Positions 19,715 through 28,375 of a stretch of 64,000 nt of DNA are shown in pieces (the first letter of the stretch is position 1; the number at the start of each line of letters is the position of its first letter). Below the pieces are notes generated by a model. The model had not been told where the DNA came from and ran no database searches. It saw only the letters and a list, made by a program, of their open reading frames with translations. The position numbers and the translations under genes were made by a program. This DNA comes from Planctomycetota bacterium (GTDB taxonomy: Bacteria > Planctomycetota > JAJSAM01 > JAJVHW01): assembly GCA_965248445.1 (NCBI GenBank), contig CBDFJG010000004.1, positions 1,120,001 to 1,184,000 on the forward strand. Reading direction: 5' to 3'.

Positions 19715-20986
19715 CTACGGGTAGGCGTAGCCCTCGGCCTCCGCGGGAGACAGGATGCGCCAGCCGACACGGGAGATCGCGCCGGCAGAGAGCGCGCCGA
19801 GGTTGAGGTTCTCGTCCATGTGAATGCCCGCGTTGCTGTCGAGGGCGATCTTCCACGCGACCAGTGAACCCGAGACCTGCGCGTTGCTCTTCAACTCGAC
19901 CTTGGACGTCGGCGAGTAGATCCGCCCGGTGACCTCGGCGTTGCTGTCGATCAGGAAGGGACCGTCGTTCTTGGAGAAGTTGATCCACAGGTCGTTCGGA
20001 TCGCCGCTCGTGGGATACATCTCGAAGTTGCTGAGGATCGCAACACTGTGCGTGAAGTAGAAGGCGACGGGACCGTGCGTCGTGTCGGCGATGATCGTCC
20101 CGTTCGAGTCCAACAACGCCTCGGTCGCGCGGATGTTCGCGGGGCCGACCACCGTGACCGTCGCGTCGGACAGGACCTCGAACTTGCTGTAGCGCTTGTT
20201 GCCGGAGATCGTCACCGACGCGGTCCCGTCGGCCTTGAAGTCACCCAGGTTGGAGCCTGTCCCGGGGATCACGATCGGATCCAGGACGTTCGTCGACGAG
20301 AGGTTGCCCGTCGTTCCCGTGACGGTCGAACTGCCGCCGGTGGTGACCGAGCCGGTCGGGCCGGCGTTCGCGTCGCCGTAAACCGTGGCGTTCGAGTCCA
20401 TGATGATGTCGCCGTTCGCGGCCACGCTCCCGTCCGAGTTGTTCAGCGGCATGCCGCCGGAAGTCGTCCCGCCCGCTTGCGAGGCGTGCGAGCCGAGAGT
20501 CGAGTCGTAACTGTCGACGTACGCGTCGCTGTTCAGCGAGATCCAGCGGTCACCGAAGACGAGCAGGCTCGGGGGACCGGAGCCGCTCTTGAGGACCAGC
20601 TGTTCGCCGGCGGCCGCGCCGTTCTGCGCCGCCGTCGCGATCAGGACGATCAGGTCGTCGTTGACGTTCGCGTCGGTGTCGCCGTACGTGATGTCGATGT
20701 CCAGCGTCATGCCGCGCACCGTTCGCGGGAACCCAGAGTTGGTGCGCAGCGCCTCCCAGCCCGTCTCGTTCAGACGCGCCCAGGCCTCGTTCAGTACGCC
20801 TTCGGCAGCGATGCGCAGTCTCGCGCGCGCCGCCGTCGCCCGCTGCTCCTCGTTGCTCCGCTCGGCCATGGACATCGCGCCCGCGCCGATTGCCACGACC
20901 ATGATCACGACCATCAGGACGAGAGCCACCGCAGCCACGTTGCCGCGCTCTGCGTCCCTGCGAATTGCCCTGTGCATTGCGTACAT
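19715..20986 (-). CDS. PilX-like minor pilin with C-terminal beta-solenoid repeats
   Basis: Class III-like leader ERG|NVAAVALVLMVV (no Glu+5), ARLRIAAEG (PilX-like), repeated xxSN/SD motifs in the C-terminal half. Confidence 0.65.
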   Translation of the reverse strand: MYAMHRAIRRDAERGNVAAVALVLMVVIMVVAIGAGAMSMAERSNEEQRATAARARLRIAAEGVLNEAWARLNETGWEALRTNSGFPRTVRGMTLDIDITYGDTDANVNDDLIVLIATAAQNGAAAGEQLVLKSGSGPPSLLVFGDRWISLNSDAYVDSYDSTLGSHASQAGGTTSGGMPLNNSDGSVAANGDIIMDSNATVYGDANAGPTGSVTTGGSSTVTGTTGNLSSTNVLDPIVIPGTGSNLGDFKADGTASVTISGNKRYSKFEVLSDATVTVVGPANIRATEALLDSNGTIIADTTHGPVAFYFTHSVAILSNFEMYPTSGDPNDLWINFSKNDGPFLIDSNAEVTGRIYSPTSKVELKSNAQVSGSLVAWKIALDSNAGIHMDENLNLGALSAGAISRVGWRILSPAEAEGYAYP

Positions 20987-20988
20987 GT

Positions 20989-21642
20989 TCAGTTCCTCAC
21001 GCGGACTGTTCTCGAGATGGTGTGCAGGCGTATTTCGTCTCCGGGAAGCACCGAGGAGAGGGTCAGCCTGAAGACGATGCTGTCATCGACGCGCGTAATG
21101 CAGAGGCCCGCCTCGTCCGTCAGTCCGTTGCTGTTCTGATCGCCGCTGCTCGAGTCCTCGCCCTCGAGGAACTCGGGCACGCCGCGCGCCAGGACGATCT
21201 CCTGCGCAGTGATCTCGCCCGCGTCGTAGGTCACGACGAGCTCACCCTCGTCCACGAGTCCGTCGCCGTCGTTGTCGTTGCCGTCGTTTGTCTCCGAGGC
21301 CTCGATCTGCCAGCGCACTCGGATGCCGTTGAAGCCGGCCGAGCCGGCCACGAGGTCCACGGATCCGATGCGCTCGAGCGTCGCGTCCGATGTCCACGCC
21401 GGGTAGTCCGGAACGAGGTCCAGGCTGTCGCTGGACACACCCCGGAAGAGGCCGTCCAGCCGATCCGCCGCCCGCCGCCCGCGCGTCTCGACGTCGGAGT
21501 TCGCTTCGAACTCGTTCAGCGAGGACACGGCGGACAGGGTGATCTGCGCCACCGGCCCCATGACCACGAGGAAGATCGCGGTTCCGATCACCATCTCGAG
21601 GATGGAGAGACCGGACTCCTTGCGAAGGCGCTGGTTCCGCAT
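20989..21642 (-). CDS. PilW-like minor pilin (prepilin cleavage/methylation motif)
   Basis: MRNQRLRKESG|LSILEMVIG with Glu+5; repeated DNDGDGLVDE / NSNGLTDE Ca-binding-like motifs. Confidence 0.75.
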   Translation of the reverse strand: MRNQRLRKESGLSILEMVIGTAIFLVVMGPVAQITLSAVSSLNEFEANSDVETRGRRAADRLDGLFRGVSSDSLDLVPDYPAWTSDATLERIGSVDLVAGSAGFNGIRVRWQIEASETNDGNDNDGDGLVDEGELVVTYDAGEITAQEIVLARGVPEFLEGEDSSSGDQNSNGLTDEAGLCITRVDDSIVFRLTLSSVLPGDEIRLHTISRTVRVRN

Positions 21643-21643
21643 C

Positions 21644-22192
21644 TCAGTCCAGCCCCGCCAGGACAGTGAAGTACTCGACCGTGCTCTCCCCGTTGCCGCC
21701 CTTCCAGCGCACGACGATGCGCACGGGCAGGAACTTGCGGCTGGAGGTGACGTTCGTGTCGTTCGCGTCGCCATCGATGTTGATGTCGCGCGGCATGCTC
21801 GGGAAGCTGCTGGGCGTTTCGGTCAGGCGGCCGGGTGCCCCCGTCGCGACGGGAAACAGGATCTCGCCTGCCATGCCGTCCGAATCACCGTCCGCCGGCG
21901 AGAGGCTCGCCACGGCAAAGTCGCCGCCTGGGCTCGTCCCGGCGGTCGGGTTGTCCGCGTTGGTTCCGTTGTACCGCTCGAACACCTCGTCGAAGTCCGC
22001 CGCCAGGAGTTCCTCGACCATGTTGACGGCCGCCTCTTCGGCGATGCCCTGCTCGTACGTCGTGCGACGCAGTGAGAGCGCCGAGGAGACCGTCTTGAGA
22101 GCGGCGAGGAGACCGATCAAGATGATCGAACTCGCCACCATCATCCAGACCATCGCACCGCCGCGTTCATCGTGTCCGAGGAGCCGCCTCAT
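21644..22192 (-). CDS. PilV-like minor pilin (atypical, no Glu+5)
   Basis: DERG|GAMVWMMVASSIILIGLL, A..AA...VEEL, C-terminal PVRIVVRWKG beta-strand typical of PilV-like proteins. Confidence 0.65.
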   Translation of the reverse strand: MRRLLGHDERGGAMVWMMVASSIILIGLLAALKTVSSALSLRRTTYEQGIAEEAAVNMVEELLAADFDEVFERYNGTNADNPTAGTSPGGDFAVASLSPADGDSDGMAGEILFPVATGAPGRLTETPSSFPSMPRDINIDGDANDTNVTSSRKFLPVRIVVRWKGGNGESTVEYFTVLAGLD

Positions 22193-23490
22193 CGACTACC
22201 TCCTCGTTGCGCGGTGTCCGCCTCACGGACCCGGCCACCGCACGCGGCGAGCGCGCTCCGCACCGCCCGGCGGACACTGGGCAGCGGATCCAGGAGGGCC
22301 GCGCGCAGCGCGTCCTGCGCTGCGGGCTCAGCCAGTCGCTCGAGCGTCAGGCAGGTCAGCGTGCGGACGGACGGGTCGTCGTGAGTCAGGCCGTTCGCGG
22401 CGATCTCCGCGAGCCGTGGCCGGTCGAGCCGCCGCATGGTGATCTCGTTCAGCGCGCGGACGGCGTCCGCGCCGTCTCCGTCGCGGAGCGCGCTGCGCGC
22501 GGTTTCCGCGCGATCTCGATGCCACGTCCGCTCCGTCGCGATCCAGCGCATCCAAGGCCCCTCCTGGGCCGCCAGGTTGAGTCCGCTGATCTCGCGGAGC
22601 GCACGGTGCGCCGCGGCGCGAACCCTCGCATCCTCGGCCTCGAGGACCACGATGAGATCCTCGACGTGCGCCTCGCTGCGCAGGGCGCCCATCAGGGTCG
22701 CGGCCGCGGCAGGGTGCGCCGATGCCGGGTCGCCCAGTTCCAGCTCGGCGACACGGAGGCTCTGGCGGCGGACGGTAGCGCTCAGGACATCCGGCACGGC
22801 AGCCAGCCCGTGCAGCGCGGCTCCGCGGCAGACCCAGTCCGAGTAGGCGACCTTGGCGAGCCACTCCGCGACGTCGGAATCGTGGACGCTCGCGGCCTCG
22901 TCGATCGTGCACGAGCGGATCGCGTCCGAAAGGACGGGCCATGCCGCGATCACACTCTTGATCCGCTTCGGGTCGGCGTCGAGGTGTGTGCGGACGGTGT
23001 CCGCGAGCGCCAACTGCAGCGACGGCGACTCCGCCCAGTCGGCGGACGTGCGGAAGCGCTGCGCCACGCGCAGCGCCTCGACGATGGCGCGGTCGTCGTC
23101 GAGCCGCGCCAGCACCTCGAACTGCGCGATCCGGGATGCGACGCTGTCTTCGCGCGACGACTCGGCATCCAGTGCCCGGCGGACCGACTCGAACGGAAGT
23201 TGGTCGAGGACCAGCAGCGCAAAGTCCCGCTGCCGCGCGTCGAGCCGCTCCGGCTCCTCCGCCTCGACCGGCAGGAGCTTCCCGCGCAGTACGATCCGGA
23301 CGAGCGACGGGGCGACGTCCGCTTCCAGACTCTGCAGCGCGCTCGAGGCCTCGTCCCGCTCGCCCTCGCTCCACTCCGTGGCCCGGGCCACGACGGTCTG
23401 GACGCGGCGGTCCACGTCCCCGTCGACTCCGGCTCCCGCCTGCGTGGACAGGCCGGCCAAGAGGGGCAGGAAGAGCAGAGTCCTTCGCAT
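22189..23490 (-). CDS. Secreted HEAT-repeat protein
   Basis: Signal peptide MRRTLLFLPLLAGLSTQAGA; HEAT-like DARVRAAAHRALREISG, DPSVRTLTCLTL, PSVRRAVRSAL; stop overlaps the PilV-like start (ATGA). Confidence 0.75.
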   Translation of the reverse strand: MRRTLLFLPLLAGLSTQAGAGVDGDVDRRVQTVVARATEWSEGERDEASSALQSLEADVAPSLVRIVLRGKLLPVEAEEPERLDARQRDFALLVLDQLPFESVRRALDAESSREDSVASRIAQFEVLARLDDDRAIVEALRVAQRFRTSADWAESPSLQLALADTVRTHLDADPKRIKSVIAAWPVLSDAIRSCTIDEAASVHDSDVAEWLAKVAYSDWVCRGAALHGLAAVPDVLSATVRRQSLRVAELELGDPASAHPAAAATLMGALRSEAHVEDLIVVLEAEDARVRAAAHRALREISGLNLAAQEGPWMRWIATERTWHRDRAETARSALRDGDGADAVRALNEITMRRLDRPRLAEIAANGLTHDDPSVRTLTCLTLERLAEPAAQDALRAALLDPLPSVRRAVRSALAACGGRVREADTAQRGGSR

Positions 23491-23526
23491 GGTCCGAGTG
23501 GTGGAGGCGCAGCTTCTCCCGTTTCC

Positions 23527-23554
23527 CCATCGGGATTGACCGGGTGCGAGTGAA
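23527..23554 (-). promoter_or_regulatory. Putative sigma28 (FliA/WhiG)-like promoter for left pilin cassette
   Basis: Minus strand TTCA-N16-CCCGATGG versus consensus TAAA-N15-GCCGATAA. Confidence 0.35.
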
Positions 23555-23672
23555 GAGGGACGAGATCGAGGCCGCTCTCTCACGCACACGCTGAGCCTGG
23601 GAGTCCCTCCAGCACGGCAGGCTCGGTCGCCGCTCCGTCGCGGTCCAACGACCGCCAGGCACCTTGGACAGG

Positions 23673-23700
23673 TAAGTCCCCGTGACGGCAGTACCGATAG
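23673..23700 (+). promoter_or_regulatory. Putative sigma28 (FliA/WhiG)-like promoter for right pilin cassette
   Basis: TAAG-N16-ACCGATAG upstream of the PilV-like gene. Confidence 0.45.
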
Positions 23701-23746
23701 GGATGCGGAGGAACCTCAGTCCCTCCTCCGAGTCTGGAGAGTCCCC

Positions 23747-24340
23747 ATGCGTCGAGACAGGTCCATGCGCAGGAAGAAGAACGAACAGGGCATGTCCCTG
23801 GTCGAGGTGGCGTGCTCGGGGGTCGCCGTCGCGGTGGCCCTGATCGGCGCCTCGGCGGCGGTGATCTCGAGCGTTCAGCTGAACGACTCGACGAACCGCA
23901 CCCGCGAGTCCGCCCGCGACGTCGCCACCCTGATCGAGGACATCCGAAACACGCCCTTCGACGACGTGGATGACCTGCACGACACGCTCCACGACATCGA
24001 CCGGGGCGACGCCTCGCTGAGCGTCACCGACATCACGGCTCGCTCGACGTCGCGCTGGAAGGTCTACCGCGTGCAGGTGGACGTGAACTACGACGACACT
24101 GTCGCGGACGGGACGCTCTCGTTCGTCACCTTCGTCACCGACCGTGATCAGAGCAGCAGCCTCTCCGGAGTCGGCACCACCGGCGCCGACACACCCTCGA
24201 ACGGCGAGCCGATCGACGTCCCCGATGAGGGCGACGATCCCCCGCCGGACGACCCGCCCACCGACCCCCCGCCGGACGACCCGCCCCCAGATGACGGCGG
24301 CAACGGGAACGGCAACGGGAACGGCAACGGGAACAACTAG
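23747..24340 (+). CDS. PilV-like minor pilin with acidic Pro/Gly-Asn low-complexity tail
   Basis: NEQG|MSLVEVACSG with Glu+5; IEDIRNTPFD; tail DDPPPDDPPTDPPPDDPPPDDGGNGNGNGNGNGNN. Confidence 0.75.
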   Translation: MRRDRSMRRKKNEQGMSLVEVACSGVAVAVALIGASAAVISSVQLNDSTNRTRESARDVATLIEDIRNTPFDDVDDLHDTLHDIDRGDASLSVTDITARSTSRWKVYRVQVDVNYDDTVADGTLSFVTFVTDRDQSSSLSGVGTTGADTPSNGEPIDVPDEGDDPPPDDPPTDPPPDDPPPDDGGNGNGNGNGNGNN

Positions 24341-24342
24341 CC

Positions 24343-24873
24343 GTGCATATGCTTCGTTCCCGCCGGCAGTCAGGGTTCACCCTGATCGAGACGATCATCG
24401 CGACGACCCTCGTCGCGGCGATCCTCGGCGGAGCGATCTCCTTGCTCGACGCAAGCCAGAAGCTGGCGGAGTCCGCCACGAACGAACGCACGGCAGCGCG
24501 GCGCGTCGACCGTGCGCTGACCCGCATGTCGCAGGAACTACGGCGCGGCTCGCTCGCCACCGTGCGCCAGCTCGACGCCTCATCGTTCGACGACGGGGAG
24601 ACCGACCTCGGCTTCTCCGTTCAGCCGGTGACCGGCTGGGACGGCGGCCCGATCCTCGGCGATCGGGTCACGTACGAGTTCGACGCGACGACGGGTGAGC
24701 TGGTCCGCGACGACGGACTGGTCGAGACCGTCCTGTCGCGCGGCCTCACCGCGTTCACGGTCTCACGCACCGACACGATGTTCACCTTCTCGACAGCGAC
24801 CACTGCCGGCCCGACGGACGACCGCCGGCGCACGGCAACCGGCACGCTGTCGATGGTCGCGAGGAACCCCTGA
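24343..24873 (+). CDS. PilW-like minor pilin
   Basis: RQSG|FTLIETIIA canonical prepilin motif; ALTRMSQELR; ends in RNP. Confidence 0.82.
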   Translation: MHMLRSRRQSGFTLIETIIATTLVAAILGGAISLLDASQKLAESATNERTAARRVDRALTRMSQELRRGSLATVRQLDASSFDDGETDLGFSVQPVTGWDGGPILGDRVTYEFDATTGELVRDDGLVETVLSRGLTAFTVSRTDTMFTFSTATTAGPTDDRRRTATGTLSMVARNP

Positions 24874-26006
24874 TGCTCGACCCCAACAAGTACTCGAAAC
24901 ACCGCGACGAGCGCGGCAGCGGCATGATCGCCGTGTTCGTGCTCGTTATCACGTGTGTGGCCATCGCAGCCAGCGTTCTGCTGCCCGCCATGTCGCGGCA
25001 CCGCGAGGCCCAAGCGCACTTGCAGGGGCAACGCGCCTTCTATCTGGCTGAAGCCGGAGTGGACTGGGCGATCAGCGAGCTCCGCTCGACGAACGGCGTG
25101 ATCCCGGGGAACACGACAGAGACGCAGAGCCCGCAGGGGCAGGGATCGTTCACGCTGACGTACACGTCCGGCGACGCGAACGGCATCGACGACGACGGCG
25201 ACAACGTCACCGACGAGTCCGACGAGGACGAGTACACGACGCTTCTGAGCGTCGGCACCTCGGGCGACGAGTCCCGCGCGGTCTCAGTGCTCATGCGCAC
25301 GGCCATCACGGCGCCAGAGTTCACGAGTTCGATCCTCATCAACGTGGATGCACCCGTGTTCGAGTCGAACAGCAACTCGATCTACGTGGACGGGCGTGAG
25401 CACGACATCGACGGTGTCTTGGATCCGACGGGCGTCGTACGCCCCGCCATTGGATCGCCGGCACCCGTGCAGGACCTGATCGACCAGATCAGCCGTCCGC
25501 ATCTCTTCGTCGGCAGCGGCGGCACGCCCTCGGCGGAGCAGCTGCCCGCGATCGACCTGCAGGCGCTGGTCGAGCAGACCAAAGCCGCCGCCACGATGGT
25601 CGTCCAGTCGGGCACGCACTCGGGCGTCGACTGGGGCACGGCGACGATGGCGGGCGTTGAACTCGTCTACTGCGACGGCGACCTGCACCTCTCGGGCAAC
25701 GGCAGCGGTGCCGGCTACCTGGTAGTCGATGGCGACCTCATCATCTCTGGCGGGTTTACCTGGCACGGCGTCGTGCTGGTGCGCGGCAAGTCGCGCATGA
25801 CAGGCGGCGGCTCGGGCAAGCGGATCATCGGTGCCATGGTCGTCGGCGAGGAAATCGAGGCCGTGGGCGGCGGCGGCGCCACCACCCAGACCGTGCAACT
25901 ACGAGGAACCGTCGACCTCCTGTTCTCGAGCGAGGCGATCCGGATCGCCAGCGCACGCGTCTCGATCGTCTCGATCCAGGGCTGGTACGAGGTTCCGGTC
26001 CCTTGA
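24873..26006 (+). CDS. PilX-like minor pilin
   Basis: DERG|SGMIAVFVL (no Glu+5); QRAFYLAEAGVDWAI PilX signature; C-terminal GDLHLSGNGSGAGYLVVDGDL...GVVLVRG beta-helix. Confidence 0.8.
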   Translation: MLDPNKYSKHRDERGSGMIAVFVLVITCVAIAASVLLPAMSRHREAQAHLQGQRAFYLAEAGVDWAISELRSTNGVIPGNTTETQSPQGQGSFTLTYTSGDANGIDDDGDNVTDESDEDEYTTLLSVGTSGDESRAVSVLMRTAITAPEFTSSILINVDAPVFESNSNSIYVDGREHDIDGVLDPTGVVRPAIGSPAPVQDLIDQISRPHLFVGSGGTPSAEQLPAIDLQALVEQTKAAATMVVQSGTHSGVDWGTATMAGVELVYCDGDLHLSGNGSGAGYLVVDGDLIISGGFTWHGVVLVRGKSRMTGGGSGKRIIGAMVVGEEIEAVGGGGATTQTVQLRGTVDLLFSSEAIRIASARVSIVSIQGWYEVPVP

Positions 26007-26890
26007 TCCGCACTGTCTTCACATTCGTTCTCCTGGCGGCGCTCTCCACGAGCGCCGTTGCTGCGGAACAGATCCGCCTGCGCGACGGCAGCGATGTCGT
26101 CGGTGTGATCGAGTCGCGCAAAGACGGCGTCCTCAAGGTGCGTACCGAGAAGGGCGTGGTGGCCGTGTCCGAAAAGGACGTGGTCGCCATCGCAAGGATC
26201 CCGGGCACGGCGGAGGAGGAGCGGAAGAAGGAGACCGTCGAGGCAAGCAGCCGCGCGAAGCCGAAGGAGAACGAGAAGACGGAGCGCGCGCGGGTCGTGC
26301 TCGAAGAGGACGACCCGCGCGCCGAGGCCGTCAACACACTGCTCGCGGCCCTCGTTCACGAGAAACACGAGACCCGCGCAGGCGCCGTCGAGATGATCGT
26401 CGAGCTGTGGCCAGAGTCCGCCTTTGCGCTGGATGTCGCCCTGGACCACGACAAGGAAAACGTGCGCAAGGCCGCCATCCGACTCCTGCGCGACGAGCGC
26501 CTCGGCGATCAGTCGGTCCGCCTGAAGCGTAAGCTCTCGGACTCCGCGCCGCGTGTCGTCATCGAAGCGCTGCGCGCGATCCGCTCGCTCGGGCTCCACC
26601 AATTCGAGATGGACGTCCTCAGGCTGCTCGACAGCAACGCCGAGTGGCTCGTTCGCCAGGACGCCGCACGCACCCTCGAGCGCATCGGCGGAGAACGCGC
26701 GTTCCCACTCGTGGTGGCGCTGTGGTCGGTCGAGCCCGACGAGCACCGCAAGCGGCGCTTCAAGCGCGTCATGCGCGAGATCGCCCGCTGCGACCTCGGG
26801 GACGACGCGAAGGCCTGGCAAGAGGCCGTGTCCGAGGTGTTCCTCGGCAAGCGCGACGTGCGCGACCCGGCCACGGCCGGCAAGCGCTGA
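26003..26890 (+). CDS. Secreted HEAT-repeat protein
   Basis: TTG start overlaps PilX stop; signal peptide; EQIRLRDGSDVVG N-domain; HEAT repeats (ENVRKAAIRLL, WLVRQDAARTL). Confidence 0.78.
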   Translation: MIRTVFTFVLLAALSTSAVAAEQIRLRDGSDVVGVIESRKDGVLKVRTEKGVVAVSEKDVVAIARIPGTAEEERKKETVEASSRAKPKENEKTERARVVLEEDDPRAEAVNTLLAALVHEKHETRAGAVEMIVELWPESAFALDVALDHDKENVRKAAIRLLRDERLGDQSVRLKRKLSDSAPRVVIEALRAIRSLGLHQFEMDVLRLLDSNAEWLVRQDAARTLERIGGERAFPLVVALWSVEPDEHRKRRFKRVMREIARCDLGDDAKAWQEAVSEVFLGKRDVRDPATAGKR

Positions 26891-26896
26891 GCGCCG

Positions 26897-26965
26897 CACT
26901 TCGCGAACGGCCCGTACTTCGCAATCGCCCCGCTTCGCAAACGGCCCCTACTTTGCAAATGGACG
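26897..26965. repeat. Four degenerate 17-18 bp tandem copies of the vWA gene 3' end
   Basis: Minus strand CCATTTGCAAAGTAG / GGGCCGTTTGCGAAGCG / GGGCGATTGCGAAGTAC / GGGCCGTTCGCGAAGTG. Confidence 0.75.
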
Positions 26966-28309
26966 GTGCACGTGACGCCCGCCGTTCTGCTCCGCGAGGG
27001 CCGGCAGCAGGTCCAGCACCTCGTCCCCCAGAGACACGGTGTGCAGCCGGAGGCGGCGCGTGTTCAGCGCCGTGACCGCCTCGAGGATGCGCTCGGAGTC
27101 CTTGATCTTCCCCCGGTTCGGGATGCCGTCGGAGAGCAATACGATCTCGTCGAGGCGAACCGGCTCGTCGATCGCCTGGGAGCCGACGCCCGTCAGCCCG
27201 AACGCGCGCTCGAGCGAATCGTAGATGTTCGTGTACGACTTCGTCTCCTGATCCGGAAGGTAGCGCACGAGATCGAGCTTCGCTTGCGGCGACGCCGGCA
27301 GCGGCACGTCGCTGAACGACCAGACCTTCTCGTTGAACAGAATCACGCTGAACCGGCTTCGGCCGGGTAGGCCCTTCACCGCGGCGATCAACTCGGCCTG
27401 CGCGGTGTCGCGGCGCGGCCCCCACATGGACTGTGAGAAGTCGATCACGAACGCGTGGTCGCGCCCGCGCAGTGCGATCCCGAAGAACCGCGCGAACGTC
27501 GGGCGCACGACAGGTTCCCAGTCGTCAGCCGTCGGATCGGCGTCTCCCCCACCCTGGGGAGAAACGCTCGGCGGCGCATCCCCCTCGCGGTCCGGGAACT
27601 TGAACACCTCGCCGTTGTCCGCCCACCACGCTTCCCACTTCGCGGGATCGACGCCTCGATCCTGCCCCACCAGGCCTACGAGTGCCTCGCGGGACTCCGC
27701 GCGCACCGACACGTCCGGGTGCCTCAGATGACGCAGCAACACGGGGATGACGTCCAGGCGCCGGTTGTACGCGAGCCCGCGCACCGCGCCGCTGGCGACG
27801 GCCCAGTGCGGACCGGTGGTGAGCAGCGCGAGCACGTCGTCGACGCCAACCGCCCGCGGCAACCCGCCCAGGGCCTCCACAGCCAGCGCCGCGGCGCGCT
27901 CGTCGTCGTCGTACGCGATGCGGGCCAGGCGTCCGCGGAGGTGCGCGTGGTCCCCCTCCGCCCCGCGGCAAGCGCTCGCCAACCGCAGGGCCGTTTGGGG
28001 ATCTCGCTCCCGTGCGAGTGCCGCGACGACGGCGTCGTTAGCCGCATCCACGTGCAATCGCACCAGCGCGCGTGCCGCGCCGCCGCGATCCCGGCCGTTC
28101 TTGGCCTTGCCGAGGATCTTCACGAGCACTGGCAGGAGAGCCCGGCCGGCCGCACGCATCTCGTCGGTGGGGACGGACTCGAGAGCCGTCAGTCCCTCGG
28201 TCTCGTGACTGCGCTGACGGAGCAGTTTGAGCGCGTCCTGTGTGTCCGCCAGAGCGGGCGTGGTCAACCACAGCACCACGACGAGGGCGACTGCCAGCCG
28301 GCGGGACAT
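26948..28309 (-). CDS. Secreted HEAT-repeat + vWA domain protein
   Basis: Signal peptide, HEAT repeats, WEAWW, FFGI...FVIDFSQSM (MIDAS DxSxS), TNIYDSL, LLSDGIPN. Confidence 0.85.
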   Translation of the reverse strand: MSRRLAVALVVVLWLTTPALADTQDALKLLRQRSHETEGLTALESVPTDEMRAAGRALLPVLVKILGKAKNGRDRGGAARALVRLHVDAANDAVVAALARERDPQTALRLASACRGAEGDHAHLRGRLARIAYDDDERAAALAVEALGGLPRAVGVDDVLALLTTGPHWAVASGAVRGLAYNRRLDVIPVLLRHLRHPDVSVRAESREALVGLVGQDRGVDPAKWEAWWADNGEVFKFPDREGDAPPSVSPQGGGDADPTADDWEPVVRPTFARFFGIALRGRDHAFVIDFSQSMWGPRRDTAQAELIAAVKGLPGRSRFSVILFNEKVWSFSDVPLPASPQAKLDLVRYLPDQETKSYTNIYDSLERAFGLTGVGSQAIDEPVRLDEIVLLSDGIPNRGKIKDSERILEAVTALNTRRLRLHTVSLGDEVLDLLPALAEQNGGRHVHRPFAK

Positions 28310-28375
28310 GCCGAGAGACTACCCGGGTCCGCGTTCCCTGGCAGGCGCGGCGCGGACGGATACGATCTCCGCCCC

